IMG/VR virus record: IMGVR_UViG_2871745582_000001
Span: 30,410-94,409 of that record
DNA from: a virus
Lineage: Duplodnaviria; Caudoviricetes
DNA length: 64,000 nt
Reading direction: 5' to 3' (one strand)
The stretch's first letter is position 1. Each line of letters opens with the position of its first letter. The notes under the pieces are model-generated. The model was not told where the DNA came from. It did not search any database and worked only from the letters and a program-made list of their open reading frames with translations. This document shows, piece by piece, positions 27,851 through 37,392 of this stretch. The position numbers and the translations under genes were made by a program.

Positions 27851-27958
27851 GTGAGTTTTCCTCTCTAAAAAATTGAAATTTACGCGCTATTTCATTGCTG
27901 GTATGATGTTATTTCGTAGAGCATTTACGATCATAACAATCAATCATGAGGTCCAAGA

Positions 27959-29032
27959 ATGTCCAAAAAGCCACTGCTCGTTGCTGTTGATGGCGGTTCC
28001 GGTAACATTGCGCTGCGTTATTTTGATGATAAAGGTCAGCTGCATACCCACATCCAGCCATCCCTGGTCCGTCGTGGCCAGATGAATACCGGCAATGCGA
28101 TGTCCTCTTCCACATGGAGCGTTAAAGACGGCTCAGTTTATTCAGTGGTGACTACGGGCAGAAAAGCCGAGCTGATCAATACCTGCGATCCGCTTTACCA
28201 GACTTCTGACGCGCACCGTGTACTCGTCATCGACGCGCTTTGTAAGGCAGGCCTCGCCGGCCGCGACGTGATTCTGGCTGACACCCTGCCGGCCTCTCAG
28301 TATTACGCAGACAACGGCATCAACACCGCGCTGATCGCCCGCAAACAGGCCTCACTTAAAGAGCCTGTCATTAACTCCTCTGGCACCGTTAAAGCGCCGC
28401 GCGTGCTCGATGTGCTGGTTTATCCGGAATCAGTGCCCGTCTACATTTCCTGTAAGTTCAGCGACTATGAAGGCACCGAAAACCCGGATTTTGAGGGAAT
28501 GGAAAACGTCATCATCATCGACATTGGCCGCTTTACCTGCGATATCACGCGGCTCGATAAAGACAACGACATTGTGGATCGCACCACCAGCGAGAACGGC
28601 ATTCATCGCATGGTTGAGCGCCTGCACGAGCTACTGCAGGAAGAAGAGACTAAACTCGGCCTGAGTGAGGTTGTTGAGTTCAGCTCAGTCACGCTCGACA
28701 GCATCATCAAAAACGGCTTCGTCGGCAGCGCCGCGCCTCGCCTGGCTGATAAGCGCATTTACGTTGAAAAGCTCATCCAGCAGGCCGCCAATGAGCTGGC
28801 GGTCGATATCCGCAACGATCTGCGCGATGTGATTTACAGCACCAAAGAGATTGACGCTCTTATCATCGGTGGCGGCGGCGCCAACTGGCTGGGCGGCAAG
28901 CTGCCACACATTCCTAACCTGTTCGAAGACTGGGCCGACTTTGTTTACATCCCGGATAACCCGGAAGAAGCGGTATCTCGTGGTGTTCACCTGCTTATGC
29001 TTGATGAGCCCTCAGTTAATCCAGAGGAGTAA
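27959..29032 (+). CDS. ParM/StbA-like actin ATPase
   Basis: Actin motifs VAVDGGSGN, YPES, IIDIGRFTCD, IIGGGGA. Confidence 0.85.
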   Translation: MSKKPLLVAVDGGSGNIALRYFDDKGQLHTHIQPSLVRRGQMNTGNAMSSSTWSVKDGSVYSVVTTGRKAELINTCDPLYQTSDAHRVLVIDALCKAGLAGRDVILADTLPASQYYADNGINTALIARKQASLKEPVINSSGTVKAPRVLDVLVYPESVPVYISCKFSDYEGTENPDFEGMENVIIIDIGRFTCDITRLDKDNDIVDRTTSENGIHRMVERLHELLQEEETKLGLSEVVEFSSVTLDSIIKNGFVGSAAPRLADKRIYVEKLIQQAANELAVDIRNDLRDVIYSTKEIDALIIGGGGANWLGGKLPHIPNLFEDWADFVYIPDNPEEAVSRGVHLLMLDEPSVNPEE

Positions 29033-29034
29033 GC

Positions 29035-29520
29035 ATGCAACAACGAAAGACCATCACGTTGAATCTGGCGGGGCTGCTTGAGCAGTCCCCAGCAGCACAA
29101 CGATTTTACGAAGACTATACGCAGAATGCCGGACATGCAGTTAAGCGCAACCTTGTGGATCGCATCTTCCGGGCCGGCGCTGTACTCGATGCGTGCGGGC
29201 TGTCAGCCATCGTTAATCTGCTGGACAATGATGTGTTTCAGGCGGCTTCTACAGCTGAGCGACAGGCGATGTTTTTTAAGGCGGCTGAGCTGGCGGGCGT
29301 TATCCCTGCAGCGGCGCCAGTGAAGCAGCGCAAACAGAGTCAGCGGGCAGAAGTTGTTGCAGAAAGCGAGTCGGTAAAGCCAGAAGTTGCGCCTGAAGAA
29401 GTTAAGCCTGAAGTGAAGGAGCCACCAGCCAGCGCTGATAAGCCGGCTACGCCTCGGCGCACTGGCGCAGGTAAGATGTTTTCAAGTTTTCAGCCCCCTA
29501 AAGGCTCTGGCGACGCCTGA
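29035..29520 (+). CDS. Putative ParR-like adaptor
   Basis: Follows the parM-like gene; RKTITLNL start, low-complexity tail ending KMFSSF. Confidence 0.5.
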   Translation: MQQRKTITLNLAGLLEQSPAAQRFYEDYTQNAGHAVKRNLVDRIFRAGAVLDACGLSAIVNLLDNDVFQAASTAERQAMFFKAAELAGVIPAAAPVKQRKQSQRAEVVAESESVKPEVAPEEVKPEVKEPPASADKPATPRRTGAGKMFSSFQPPKGSGDA

Positions 29521-29926
29521 GCACTTCATCCATAAGGTGGCGGCCGGATACACAGGGCTGATGCTCGCGCTGCTCCTTATCATCAACACTCATTCGTAAC
29601 TCTTTAAGAAGGCGCTCACTGTAGCGCCTTGGTCCTCTGCTGCGTCGGTAGAATTCCGGATCCAGTGATTCAATGCGGAAGCGGCGCGGGCGGCTCGCGT
29701 CGAATACCTGAACTGACGAATACTTTGAGGCGGCGATAGAGCGCAGGCGCAAATAGACTTCGCGGCTGTCTACTTCAAGGGTGGGGTGCAGTCTGGTGAG
29801 AATAACGGAGAGTTCGCGGGCGGAGAGCGTCTCGCGCGATGAAATCATGTACTCCGCTATTTCAAACGAAGTGATTTTGTTGTGATGCACGCGCGGAGCG
29901 GCCAGTCCAGCTTTCATAAGAGGCAT
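29498..29926 (-). CDS. lpa: Late promoter activator Lpa
   Basis: ITSFEIAEYMI, VYLRLRSIAASKYSSV, RPRRFRI, EQREHQP match recalled P1 Lpa. Confidence 0.8.
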   Translation of the reverse strand: MPLMKAGLAAPRVHHNKITSFEIAEYMISSRETLSARELSVILTRLHPTLEVDSREVYLRLRSIAASKYSSVQVFDASRPRRFRIESLDPEFYRRSRGPRRYSERLLKELRMSVDDKEQREHQPCVSGRHLMDEVLRRRQSL

Positions 29927-30071
29927 CCATGCCGTTTAAGTCAGCGTCCTGCTGACTGTATTGCGTAAGGTGGCTTCCTTGCCGGTTAGGGTGGCGTCCT
30001 GCCTCCCTGTCATCGAGGTGACAGCTGCATAATATATCGCCCTCTAAAAATAGCAATAGATTAGAGCTATT

Positions 30072-31061
30072 TTATTCGCAGCTGATGGCGCCAACATTCA
30101 TCGCATAGTTGAAATGCTTCATCCAGTGGGACAGCAGCGAACCATATAACGACACCCATCCATTCGGATCCCTTTTATGCTGCTTATGGCAATAGTCGCA
30201 CATAGGGATGACAAAAACGTCGTGACGGTCCAGCAGCCGATGCTCTGCCTGGTAAGCATGCTCAGCCTTCCGGTTACAGCCGCAACATGGCCGCGTCAGC
30301 GTGAAGTCAATAAATGCCTGGCTACGGAATAACTGCACCTTCGGGTTGCGCATGTATGCCGCGCCCGGATCGGGATCCATTCTCATATGGGCAACCTTGC
30401 CCGCCATATGGGTGACTACCTGTGTGGCTGTTTCGCTCGGCTCAATGTCGCTTTCATACAGTGTGCCGGTTTCTATTTCATCCCTTGGCCGTGCCAGACT
30501 GATGCGGCACAGTTCCTCAGTGAGCGCGTGATGTACGCCGCGCATAGTGGCCCACCAGCACAGCTCCGGAATGCTGACGTCTCGCCCTTCCGGTATCAGC
30601 AACTCTCTTACGACGCGCTCCAGAATGAACAGCGCCTTGTTTTCCTGCAAAAGCGCCTCAATCTCGCCGTGCCCCTTCTCCCTGTAATGATTGTCGTGGT
30701 GCCAGCACATGCGCGCCATACTGTCACCAAACGGTGATACAGAGCTACCCGGCGAATGAAAGGAGTCATCAGGTGACTGGCACCGGTCTCCACCGCGTTT
30801 AAGCCACCCGCGAAACCCGCCTTTGCCGCCCGCAGCTTCCAGTACCTGTTCATCATTAAAAAAAGGCGCCAGTTCTTTAACGGCTGCAAGAGGCTGACTG
30901 GCCACCAGCAGGCCGTCAGGCAGCTTGTCCTGCATTTCCCGCTGTACGGGTTCGATAATGAAGCGTTTACCACGCTGCAGGAGCAAAAGCGTGTCTGGAT
31001 CGGCCTTGAAGACAGCTATGCCAGCCTGCATTTGGGCAAAAGGGGTAATAATCGCCTTCAT
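30072..31061 (-). CDS. DUF968-family protein (P1 PdcB-like)
   Basis: MCWHHDN, IPELCWWA, PCCGC, IPMCDYCH motifs; operator-like site upstream at 31071-31087. Confidence 0.8.
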   Translation of the reverse strand: MKAIITPFAQMQAGIAVFKADPDTLLLLQRGKRFIIEPVQREMQDKLPDGLLVASQPLAAVKELAPFFNDEQVLEAAGGKGGFRGWLKRGGDRCQSPDDSFHSPGSSVSPFGDSMARMCWHHDNHYREKGHGEIEALLQENKALFILERVVRELLIPEGRDVSIPELCWWATMRGVHHALTEELCRISLARPRDEIETGTLYESDIEPSETATQVVTHMAGKVAHMRMDPDPGAAYMRNPKVQLFRSQAFIDFTLTRPCCGCNRKAEHAYQAEHRLLDRHDVFVIPMCDYCHKQHKRDPNGWVSLYGSLLSHWMKHFNYAMNVGAISCE

Positions 31062-31154
31062 TATAAATTCCAATTTATTAGAGCTAATATATCTACAATA
31101 ATACTCGAAATTTTCTGCAATAACAGGTCTGACGATGATTTGTAGCGACGCTTT

Positions 31155-31412
31155 TTACACGTTGTGGCTGGTGTGGATAGCGGGGATCAGCGCTCTGACC
31201 ATAAAACCTGATTTAGCCATGCCCGCCGCTGCTTCCTTATCCACATCAACCCATTTCCCGGTTTCGTCTCTGTACTGATGGATTACCTCAGCGAGCAAAA
31301 CTGAAAGCGCGAGCTCACAGGCTATGTGATCAAACTGGTCCTGCTTCGTTCTCCCCAGTTCCGCCTGATCACGCCTGCCCCTTATACCCTCAATGAGTTT
31401 ATGCAGATACAT
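31155..31412 (-). CDS. Hypothetical protein
   Basis: GGAGG RBS. Confidence 0.5.
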   Translation of the reverse strand: MYLHKLIEGIRGRRDQAELGRTKQDQFDHIACELALSVLLAEVIHQYRDETGKWVDVDKEAAAGMAKSGFMVRALIPAIHTSHNV

Positions 31413-31437
31413 TTATGGCCTCCCGCGCAGTGTTTGC

Positions 31438-31656
31438 TTAATGTCTCTGCCCGCCATTTTGCGAAAGCTCCTGATGGCCCGGCGCAACGCAACTCTTGCG
31501 ATCGCTGCTAATCCACCAGTTGTCTTCCTGCGCAGCGCTGGCGCATTCTTTCCAGTCCTCGCCTGTATACTCCGCCCGCGATCTGGCCCCCATGGCAAGT
31601 GGTGTGCATGTTGCACAGTCGCACACGAGCATCAACACGTAATCTGCCGCTACCAT
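31438..31656 (-). CDS. Hypothetical Cys-rich protein
   Basis: CDC..C motif; AGGAG RBS. Confidence 0.55.
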   Translation of the reverse strand: MVAADYVLMLVCDCATCTPLAMGARSRAEYTGEDWKECASAAQEDNWWISSDRKSCVAPGHQELSQNGGQRH

Positions 31657-31707
31657 TTGATCTCCTGATTTTTAGAAAGGCTGGCAGCCATGGCCACCAG
31701 CAAAGAT

Positions 31708-31923
31708 TTACTGCTTGCGAACGTCTAGGCCAACGCCGCGGGCATTAGTTGAACATGCCGTGCATATTAACAGACCGTGCTCATGCTGTGTGCCGCAGGG
31801 GTATTTCTGGCCCTGATAGGCGATCGTGGCGCCGCAGCTGATCAGGTAAGGATTGTAAGCGCGCTTGGTTTCCGGGCGCTTCGGCGCTGCGCTGGCCGGC
31901 TTTTTGCCGTTAACTCTGCTCAT
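31708..31923 (-). CDS. Hypothetical Zn-ribbon protein
   Basis: C..CG/C..C motifs; overlaps the upstream gene. Confidence 0.5.
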   Translation of the reverse strand: MSRVNGKKPASAAPKRPETKRAYNPYLISCGATIAYQGQKYPCGTQHEHGLLICTACSTNARGVGLDVRKQ

Positions 31924-32314
31924 TTATCAGCTCTTCAGGGAAATTGACTGTGTCGCCCAGCTGGCGGCGTACCACAGCGCGGCAAATTGCAATAAGCACT
32001 GTTTCGCCGATACTCCAAACAAAATCCGTCTGGGCGAACCAGGGCTGCTCTGGCGTGGAAAACTCATCAAAACTTTTATCCACCATCATGCTGAAGCGAT
32101 CGATAAGCGGCGCGCCCTGGCTGTAATTGCGCGAGGGGTGGAATGGCTCACGGCTACCCCATGGCTCACCATCAATAAGCACCGGCTGATACCAGCGCCG
32201 CCAATGGCCATCATTATCACGCTGGTCTGGTTTTGGAAGTCCAATAGCGTCGGCGACGGCCCAGTCGAGGGCCGCTCCGGTTAAATCTTCTGTCTTAATC
32301 GTTACTGTCGGCAT
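31910..32314 (-). CDS. NinX/DUF2591-like protein
   Basis: DLTGAALDWAVA, FHPS..YSQGAPLI, GETVLIAICRAVV. Confidence 0.75.
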   Translation of the reverse strand: MPTVTIKTEDLTGAALDWAVADAIGLPKPDQRDNDGHWRRWYQPVLIDGEPWGSREPFHPSRNYSQGAPLIDRFSMMVDKSFDEFSTPEQPWFAQTDFVWSIGETVLIAICRAVVRRQLGDTVNFPEELINEQS

Positions 32315-32928
32315 TTCATCTGCTCATTTACTGCATTTTCGCTCATCGTAGCACGCAGCACAGCCTGAACGACTCGCACACCATTATCGCCGGTTGAATC
32401 CTCAACCAGCTCGCGTAACGCGGCATCTACCTCTGGAAGGTCAGAGATAGCCTGGCAGGCAGCCCAACTATCCGGGAACTCCGGATGGTTGGATTTTGGG
32501 GCCATTTCCTGCGCCAGCGCTTTGTATTGCTCTGCAGTGAGATCAATAGAGCTGTGCTCTACCTGACGCGTTTGCGTTTCGTAACTCGTCACCTCGGCGC
32601 GGTATTGCTGGCTGGTAACTGAAAATTCCCCGGTTGGCTTAAGATGCAATTCTGCCGGCACGCCAGCGACGCGATCCAGGCGTTCTATTTCAGCCAAAAT
32701 TAAAGCGCCGGCTTTTACCAAATCACGACGTGCCGTAGTGGGCTTCCACCATTCCTCTGCCCAAGGCCATTCTTCTGGTGATGGGTGGAGGTCACTTAAC
32801 ATGGCATAGCAGCCTGCCGCTTTAGCCAATTCACCGTTTACATACTGGTCGTCATATTCTGGTGCCCAGCCTTCCACACTTACCTGGCGCTGGCGCTCCG
32901 CGATCACATCATTCAGTGCTTTGCTCAT
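32302..32928 (-). CDS. Conserved phage hypothetical protein
   Basis: DVIAERQRQ..EGW..E.DD...GELAKAA.CYA..WPW..WWKP...RRDLVKAGALILAEIERLDR domain. Confidence 0.75.
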   Translation of the reverse strand: MSKALNDVIAERQRQVSVEGWAPEYDDQYVNGELAKAAGCYAMLSDLHPSPEEWPWAEEWWKPTTARRDLVKAGALILAEIERLDRVAGVPAELHLKPTGEFSVTSQQYRAEVTSYETQTRQVEHSSIDLTAEQYKALAQEMAPKSNHPEFPDSWAACQAISDLPEVDAALRELVEDSTGDNGVRVVQAVLRATMSENAVNEQMKCRQ

Positions 32929-33269
32929 TCAGTCACCTTTACTGCAATACCATGTCTGGCCAGCGCGCCCACCCACTGCGAATCACGAATTTCCAGCAGC
33001 TGGCCGTATGTTGATTGCGGGAAGTTGGCCTGGGTCTCGTTTTTGATTGGCGCAGTAATGACAGGCATCTCCTGCTGATCCACCAGCAGCGGATTTGTGG
33101 CGGCCAGCATCTGGCTCGCGGCGCCGCGGCGCTGCAGCCGGCGCAGCACCTCGTAAAGCTCAAACGCGTCTGTGCGTTCGTCCCCAATCTCCAGCGTGCA
33201 GGCATGCTGGTGCGCATTGCGAACCAGCTCATCAAGCTGGTCACGGATACTCTGCTTATCGGTCATCAT
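32925..33269 (-). CDS. Hypothetical protein
   Basis: ATGA-coupled ORF in the early operon. Confidence 0.6.
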   Translation of the reverse strand: MMTDKQSIRDQLDELVRNAHQHACTLEIGDERTDAFELYEVLRRLQRRGAASQMLAATNPLLVDQQEMPVITAPIKNETQANFPQSTYGQLLEIRDSQWVGALARHGIAVKVTE

Positions 33270-33436
33270 TCAAACTTCCATTTAGCTTCGATAATTTCTG
33301 AGTTGTCGCCGCGGCATGGGTTATCCAGCTTCATGCCGCCGCAGTGGCCATATTCAACGTCTACAAAGTCGCTGATGTCTTTGTCGGCCGCATGATCAGG
33401 GACTTCAAGCTCTACAGTCACGATGATGGTTTTCAC
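33266..33436 (-). CDS. Hypothetical protein, 56 aa
   Basis: Manual translation MKTIIVTVELEVPDHAADKDISDFVDVEYGHCGGMKLDNPC...; fills the gap with 4-bp overlaps on both sides. Confidence 0.55.
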   Translation of the reverse strand: MKTIIVTVELEVPDHAADKDISDFVDVEYGHCGGMKLDNPCRGDNSEIIEAKWKFE

Positions 33437-33735
33437 GGCTTTTCCTCTCTTGATTCGCTGGCAAAAACAGCTTCAACACATTCGATAAAGGCATTGGCAT
33501 CCAGGTGCAACAGCCCTTCAGTAGGCTGAAATTCAGGGCTGCGCTCCCAACGCTTAGTGGAATGGTTGAGCACCAAGGAGACATTGAGCTGGCGATACCG
33601 CCTCAAATCACGCGTTGCCGTAGGCTCTGTGACCCCAAATAAGGTGGTGATGTCGGCGCGGTTGATAGAGCCATGAGTGATCAGCTTCGCCTCAATGAAG
33701 CGCAGCCGTACCTGAGTGAAATCGCCGTTTCTCAC
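33433..33735 (-). CDS. Winged-helix protein resembling the N-terminal domain of CapW/BrxR-type WYL regulators
   Basis: RLRFIEAKL..HGSINRADITTLFGVTEPTATRDLRRY...F.P; ends without a WYL domain. Confidence 0.65.
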   Translation of the reverse strand: MRNGDFTQVRLRFIEAKLITHGSINRADITTLFGVTEPTATRDLRRYRQLNVSLVLNHSTKRWERSPEFQPTEGLLHLDANAFIECVEAVFASESREEKP

Positions 33736-33968
33736 TGGCCATGCTCCACCAGCACCCAGCCTTTTGTCGTGCTTTGGATTTTCCCGGCTTTGCGCAGCGC
33801 CTGCAGGCGGCGATCCAACACCCGGAATGGCTCTTTCCCAATCCCCATTGCAGCCAGTCGGCCGCACTCTGCGGCGACTTGGCCTACGAAGATCGCACCG
33901 AAACGCTTCGGTTTATGCGTAATGGCACCCTGTATTAACGCATCCAGCTGTTCGTATTTATTTGGCAT
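33732..33968 (-). CDS. Hypothetical protein (wHTH-like)
   Basis: FRVLDRRLQALRKAGKI..GW. Confidence 0.6.
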   Translation of the reverse strand: MPNKYEQLDALIQGAITHKPKRFGAIFVGQVAAECGRLAAMGIGKEPFRVLDRRLQALRKAGKIQSTTKGWVLVEHGQ

Positions 33969-34611
33969 TTTCCATCTCCGGGGCGGCTGCGAATGCGGCC
34001 AGTATGTAATCTCGGGGCACCGTTTCGTTTTTGCCGCCATTCATGGCTTCGCGGCGCTCTTTGAGCACTACTTCAACTACAGCGTCAATCATGGCAGCGG
34101 TAGGCTCAGCCGGAACGAGCTTCCAGCCCGGCGGAGCAACGTGGTGCACGATTACTGTTTTATCTTGACCACCAGCCGGGTCAAAGCCGATTTGCATCGC
34201 TGGCGCGGTGGCGTTCAGGCGCTTAACTTCCTCTTCATACCAGGCGCATCCGAGACCGAAGGCGTGGCGGAATTTCATGTCACGCTCTGACAGGTCTGCT
34301 GGCTCATTAGGCAGCCTTAGCGCGGCAACAGGCGGGAAGGTGTAGACAGCAAAGTGACTTGCGGAACACGAATACATTTCATTGCCGTCTTCGCCACCAG
34401 TGCATACTGCTTGCTTATACTCATGCCAGGCGTGCTTATGGATATAGCCCAAAGGCTTCGACTCCAGCGCCGCCAGATATGCGTCGGTAACTCGAATCAG
34501 GAATTCAGCGTCAAAGCCCGATGCGTGCCCCCAGAAGCCCAGGTGATTGAGTAGTTCTTTGGCCTGTTCAATTTCGGCAGCACGCTGTTCTGCTGTTAAT
34601 GCCTGCATCAT
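33958..34611 (-). CDS. Hypothetical phage early protein
   Basis: C-terminal PPGWKLVPAEPTAAM...AAAP motif. Confidence 0.65.
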   Translation of the reverse strand: MMQALTAEQRAAEIEQAKELLNHLGFWGHASGFDAEFLIRVTDAYLAALESKPLGYIHKHAWHEYKQAVCTGGEDGNEMYSCSASHFAVYTFPPVAALRLPNEPADLSERDMKFRHAFGLGCAWYEEEVKRLNATAPAMQIGFDPAGGQDKTVIVHHVAPPGWKLVPAEPTAAMIDAVVEVVLKERREAMNGGKNETVPRDYILAAFAAAPEMENAK

Positions 34612-35288
34612 TCCCCCTCCACGCGCTTAAATTCGATCACCCAGACCCACGGGTTAGCCTGCCAGCTGTCAGCGCCGTAGATGCTCCACCATGTTTGCCC
34701 GAACCATGAACGGGAGAAGTCCGGGAAACCGTAATGACGAGATACCGCGTCAATTGACGGATGGCTAGGCGGCCCGCCTTCTGCAATAGCATCGGCACGG
34801 CTGATATCCTGCAACCGCTCCACACGAACGCCAGTAATCTCCAGCGTTATGCGGGAATACTTGCGGCGCATATGAAGAGAAGGGGTCCATTTCATCGGGT
34901 GCGGCTTGCCGTTGCAGTCAAACAAACGCACTGCGTCAGGCTTAGATGCGCGATAAACAAGCTGTTTATGAGGTGCTCCGCCAACAGAGCGGATTTCAAA
35001 TCCGAACGTCTCACGCACCCACAGGCGATCGCCTACTGCACCGAACGGGCAGGCGAAAAGCGCTGAGCGTGTATGGGTGCCAGTCGCGTTTGATTCTGCC
35101 CAGTGGTATTTGCCGATATCAGCGCGCTTTGTCGAATCAGTGATGCGCAGTAAGCCAAAGTTGGGCGAGTCCGGCTGCGCCGTCATAATCCGGCGCGTCT
35201 GCGTCTTGCTGCCGTTCAGTACGGCGCGCACCATGTCGCCGTTTAAGAGGATTGGGCGCTCACGCATCTTCTTCATCCTCCTCGACAT
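34608..35288 (-). CDS. ASCH-like phage protein
   Basis: ERPIL..MVRAVL.GSKTQTRR, GDRLWVRETF, WTPSLHM, SRITLEIT.VRVERLQDIS, NPWVWVIEF. Confidence 0.8.
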   Translation of the reverse strand: MSRRMKKMRERPILLNGDMVRAVLNGSKTQTRRIMTAQPDSPNFGLLRITDSTKRADIGKYHWAESNATGTHTRSALFACPFGAVGDRLWVRETFGFEIRSVGGAPHKQLVYRASKPDAVRLFDCNGKPHPMKWTPSLHMRRKYSRITLEITGVRVERLQDISRADAIAEGGPPSHPSIDAVSRHYGFPDFSRSWFGQTWWSIYGADSWQANPWVWVIEFKRVEGE

Positions 35289-35454
35289 GCTCTACTTCCG
35301 TGCCATCGTAGGCCGCCTTGACGCTATTGGCCGCTGCGATAATGGCGTTGAACTGCTCAGGATTTACCGTCACGCTGGGGAACTGGCGCGAAACTTCAAA
35401 GCTGATCGCAGCAACGAGTTTCATCTGGTCGATGCAGATAGTGGTTTTCATCAC
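35260..35454 (-). CDS. Hypothetical protein
   Basis: 64-aa ORF coupled to neighbours. Confidence 0.5.
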   Translation of the reverse strand: MMKTTICIDQMKLVAAISFEVSRQFPSVTVNPEQFNAIIAAANSVKAAYDGTEVEHVEEDEEDA

Positions 35455-36224
35455 TTACCGTCCTTACCGGCGCGCAGCTGGGCTGCAAAACTCTTCGCGT
35501 GTGATTTAGCGTTGCTGTTATAAAGCGCGATGTATTTAGCAAACATCTCCACACCCTCAGCCCGCACAGAGTTGAGGTAGGCGTCAGTGGCTGGCGCTTC
35601 AGGCGCGCTCATCATGTAATTAACCGAACCGAGGAAGCCGTTATCTTCAGAAGGCTGCTGCACATCGTGCTGGCGCGCATAAGACATAACGATACCGAAA
35701 CAAACCTGATCAACCTCGTCGCACCAGCCATCGGCTGCGTCCTCCCGGTAGTCATCAATCATTTCATTGGCCGCTTTAATAGCTGCATCCTGGCTGTCGA
35801 AGCGTTCAAACCCACAATCAGGCCCATACATGAAATATTCCGCGCCATGTTTTAGCGCCGCACTCTCTGCCGCCAGCGCATCCAGCAGTTCCAAATCTTG
35901 GGCATGACCAGCCACCGCTGCACCGCGCATCTTCTTATACATCGCCGACAGCCGCTTTTCTGACTCCAAAGCCTCCTGTGCCTCGCCTAACTGACGCGCC
36001 AGACGTTCCGATAGCTGCAACCCAACCTGAGCATCACCTTCAGCCTGTTCAAGCTTTTGCTGGAGGGCGGCTATTTGCATATCGCGCCAGCCCAGCTCGG
36101 CAGCAATATCAGATTTGCTGTCCAGCCCTTCGCGCGTCATTGCCGAAATATGGCGGCAGTAATGGTTTCCTGCCTCATCCATGCCCATCAGGTCGCGCTC
36201 TGCGTATTGCTTTTCTTCACTCAC
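35451..36224 (-). CDS. Ead/Ea22-like protein
   Basis: HISAMTREGLDSKSDIAAELGWRD and PATDAYLNSVRAEGVEMFA motifs. Confidence 0.7.
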   Translation of the reverse strand: MSEEKQYAERDLMGMDEAGNHYCRHISAMTREGLDSKSDIAAELGWRDMQIAALQQKLEQAEGDAQVGLQLSERLARQLGEAQEALESEKRLSAMYKKMRGAAVAGHAQDLELLDALAAESAALKHGAEYFMYGPDCGFERFDSQDAAIKAANEMIDDYREDAADGWCDEVDQVCFGIVMSYARQHDVQQPSEDNGFLGSVNYMMSAPEAPATDAYLNSVRAEGVEMFAKYIALYNSNAKSHAKSFAAQLRAGKDGK

Positions 36225-36822
36225 CTGCTTTCTCCTGTGCGCGATATGGCGCGCGGTAGGCTTCCCATGCGTCAACGTCATTAAGGCCAACGCGCACGTT
36301 CTGATTTCCGGCCTGCCAGACAGCGCTGCTGGTACAGCCGGGGAAGTCGAAAAAAACCATCGTTACTTTTCGCATGTCGGTAACGGCGCGGATGTTTGTA
36401 ATGTCGGGGAAGGTTTCCAGAGCGAGCGCGGCGGCTTCACTCTCCGCAACGCTTTTACGGTCGCATTCAGCCCGCCAGTCGCGATCCCGGTCGATGTAAT
36501 GCGCCTGGCAATGCATGTCGCAATAGACGTCGTCCTCATCCCAAACGCGGCCGTCAGTGTTCGCATTCACCTGGTTTTCACAGTAAGAGCAGTATTGCCA
36601 CCAGCCATGCTTTTCAACGAGCGCCTGGCGCGGCACGCGGCCGGCTTCAGCATACGAATCGAACTCCGGCGCCAGGCGGCAGGAAACCACCTCAGCGGAT
36701 GAGCACTCAAGACGTTCTGCACCGTCGCGGCGGGCAATTACGTTTGAAATGGCGAATACGACGCAGCCGCCATCATTGCCCTGCACGCTGTAAGCCCTGA
36801 TGAGTTTTCCCGGGTTTCTCAT
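36217..36822 (-). CDS. Hypothetical Cys-rich phage protein
   Basis: GWWQYCSYC...YCDMHC. Confidence 0.65.
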   Translation of the reverse strand: MRNPGKLIRAYSVQGNDGGCVVFAISNVIARRDGAERLECSSAEVVSCRLAPEFDSYAEAGRVPRQALVEKHGWWQYCSYCENQVNANTDGRVWDEDDVYCDMHCQAHYIDRDRDWRAECDRKSVAESEAAALALETFPDITNIRAVTDMRKVTMVFFDFPGCTSSAVWQAGNQNVRVGLNDVDAWEAYRAPYRAQEKAGE

Positions 36823-37289
36823 GCTGCGAGCCTCGCCTGCTGAACCGGCCGCAGCAGACTATCAAACTCAACCAGGCGAGCGCTGTGTCCGTAGATTTTG
36901 TTGCTCCGGACATAGCGCCAAGCTTTGGTGTTGGCGACAAATTCCCGCGTGAGGAGGTGCTGATCAAGAAGGTTGCGCAGAGAGTGGCGGGAATAGTCTT
37001 CCGGGATCCCCATGACCTGAGCGATCTCAACGGCAGTGGCCCCGCCCCGCTCCGTAATGAACTGCAGGATGCGAGCTTTTACATCTTTGCGGCGCTCAGC
37101 CCGCACGCCTTTATAGAGGCATTTTTTTCCGTCGCGGCTGACGCAGCGCTCAGCGAGCTGACGGTCAAGCAGTGTCCGGATGGCGCGGTTTACTTGTGGA
37201 TAGGTGAGCCCGGTCCCGCTAACGATGTCTTTCGTTGAGGACCGCGGCGAGGCATTGATAAAGTTGTGAACGGTTTGTTGAATGTTCAT
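36819..37289 (-). CDS. Tandem wHTH protein
   Basis: Two HTH-like repeats; first gene after the operator at 37376-37392. Confidence 0.65.
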   Translation of the reverse strand: MNIQQTVHNFINASPRSSTKDIVSGTGLTYPQVNRAIRTLLDRQLAERCVSRDGKKCLYKGVRAERRKDVKARILQFITERGGATAVEIAQVMGIPEDYSRHSLRNLLDQHLLTREFVANTKAWRYVRSNKIYGHSARLVEFDSLLRPVQQARLAA

Positions 37290-37375
37290 GGCTGAACCTC
37301 TGATTGATTGATTGTCACCACCCTATAAAAGCAGAAGGGCGAGACGCATTTTCACGCCTCGCCCTTAAAAAATCA

Positions 37376-37392
37376 ATATTTTTTAGAGCAAT
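37376..37392 (-). promoter_or_regulatory. C1 operator-like site
   Basis: ATTGCTCTAAAAAATAT. Confidence 0.7.

Noticed and set aside
27851-27958. parC iteron array upstream of the parM-like gene
   Set aside because: No convincing regular direct repeats are visible.
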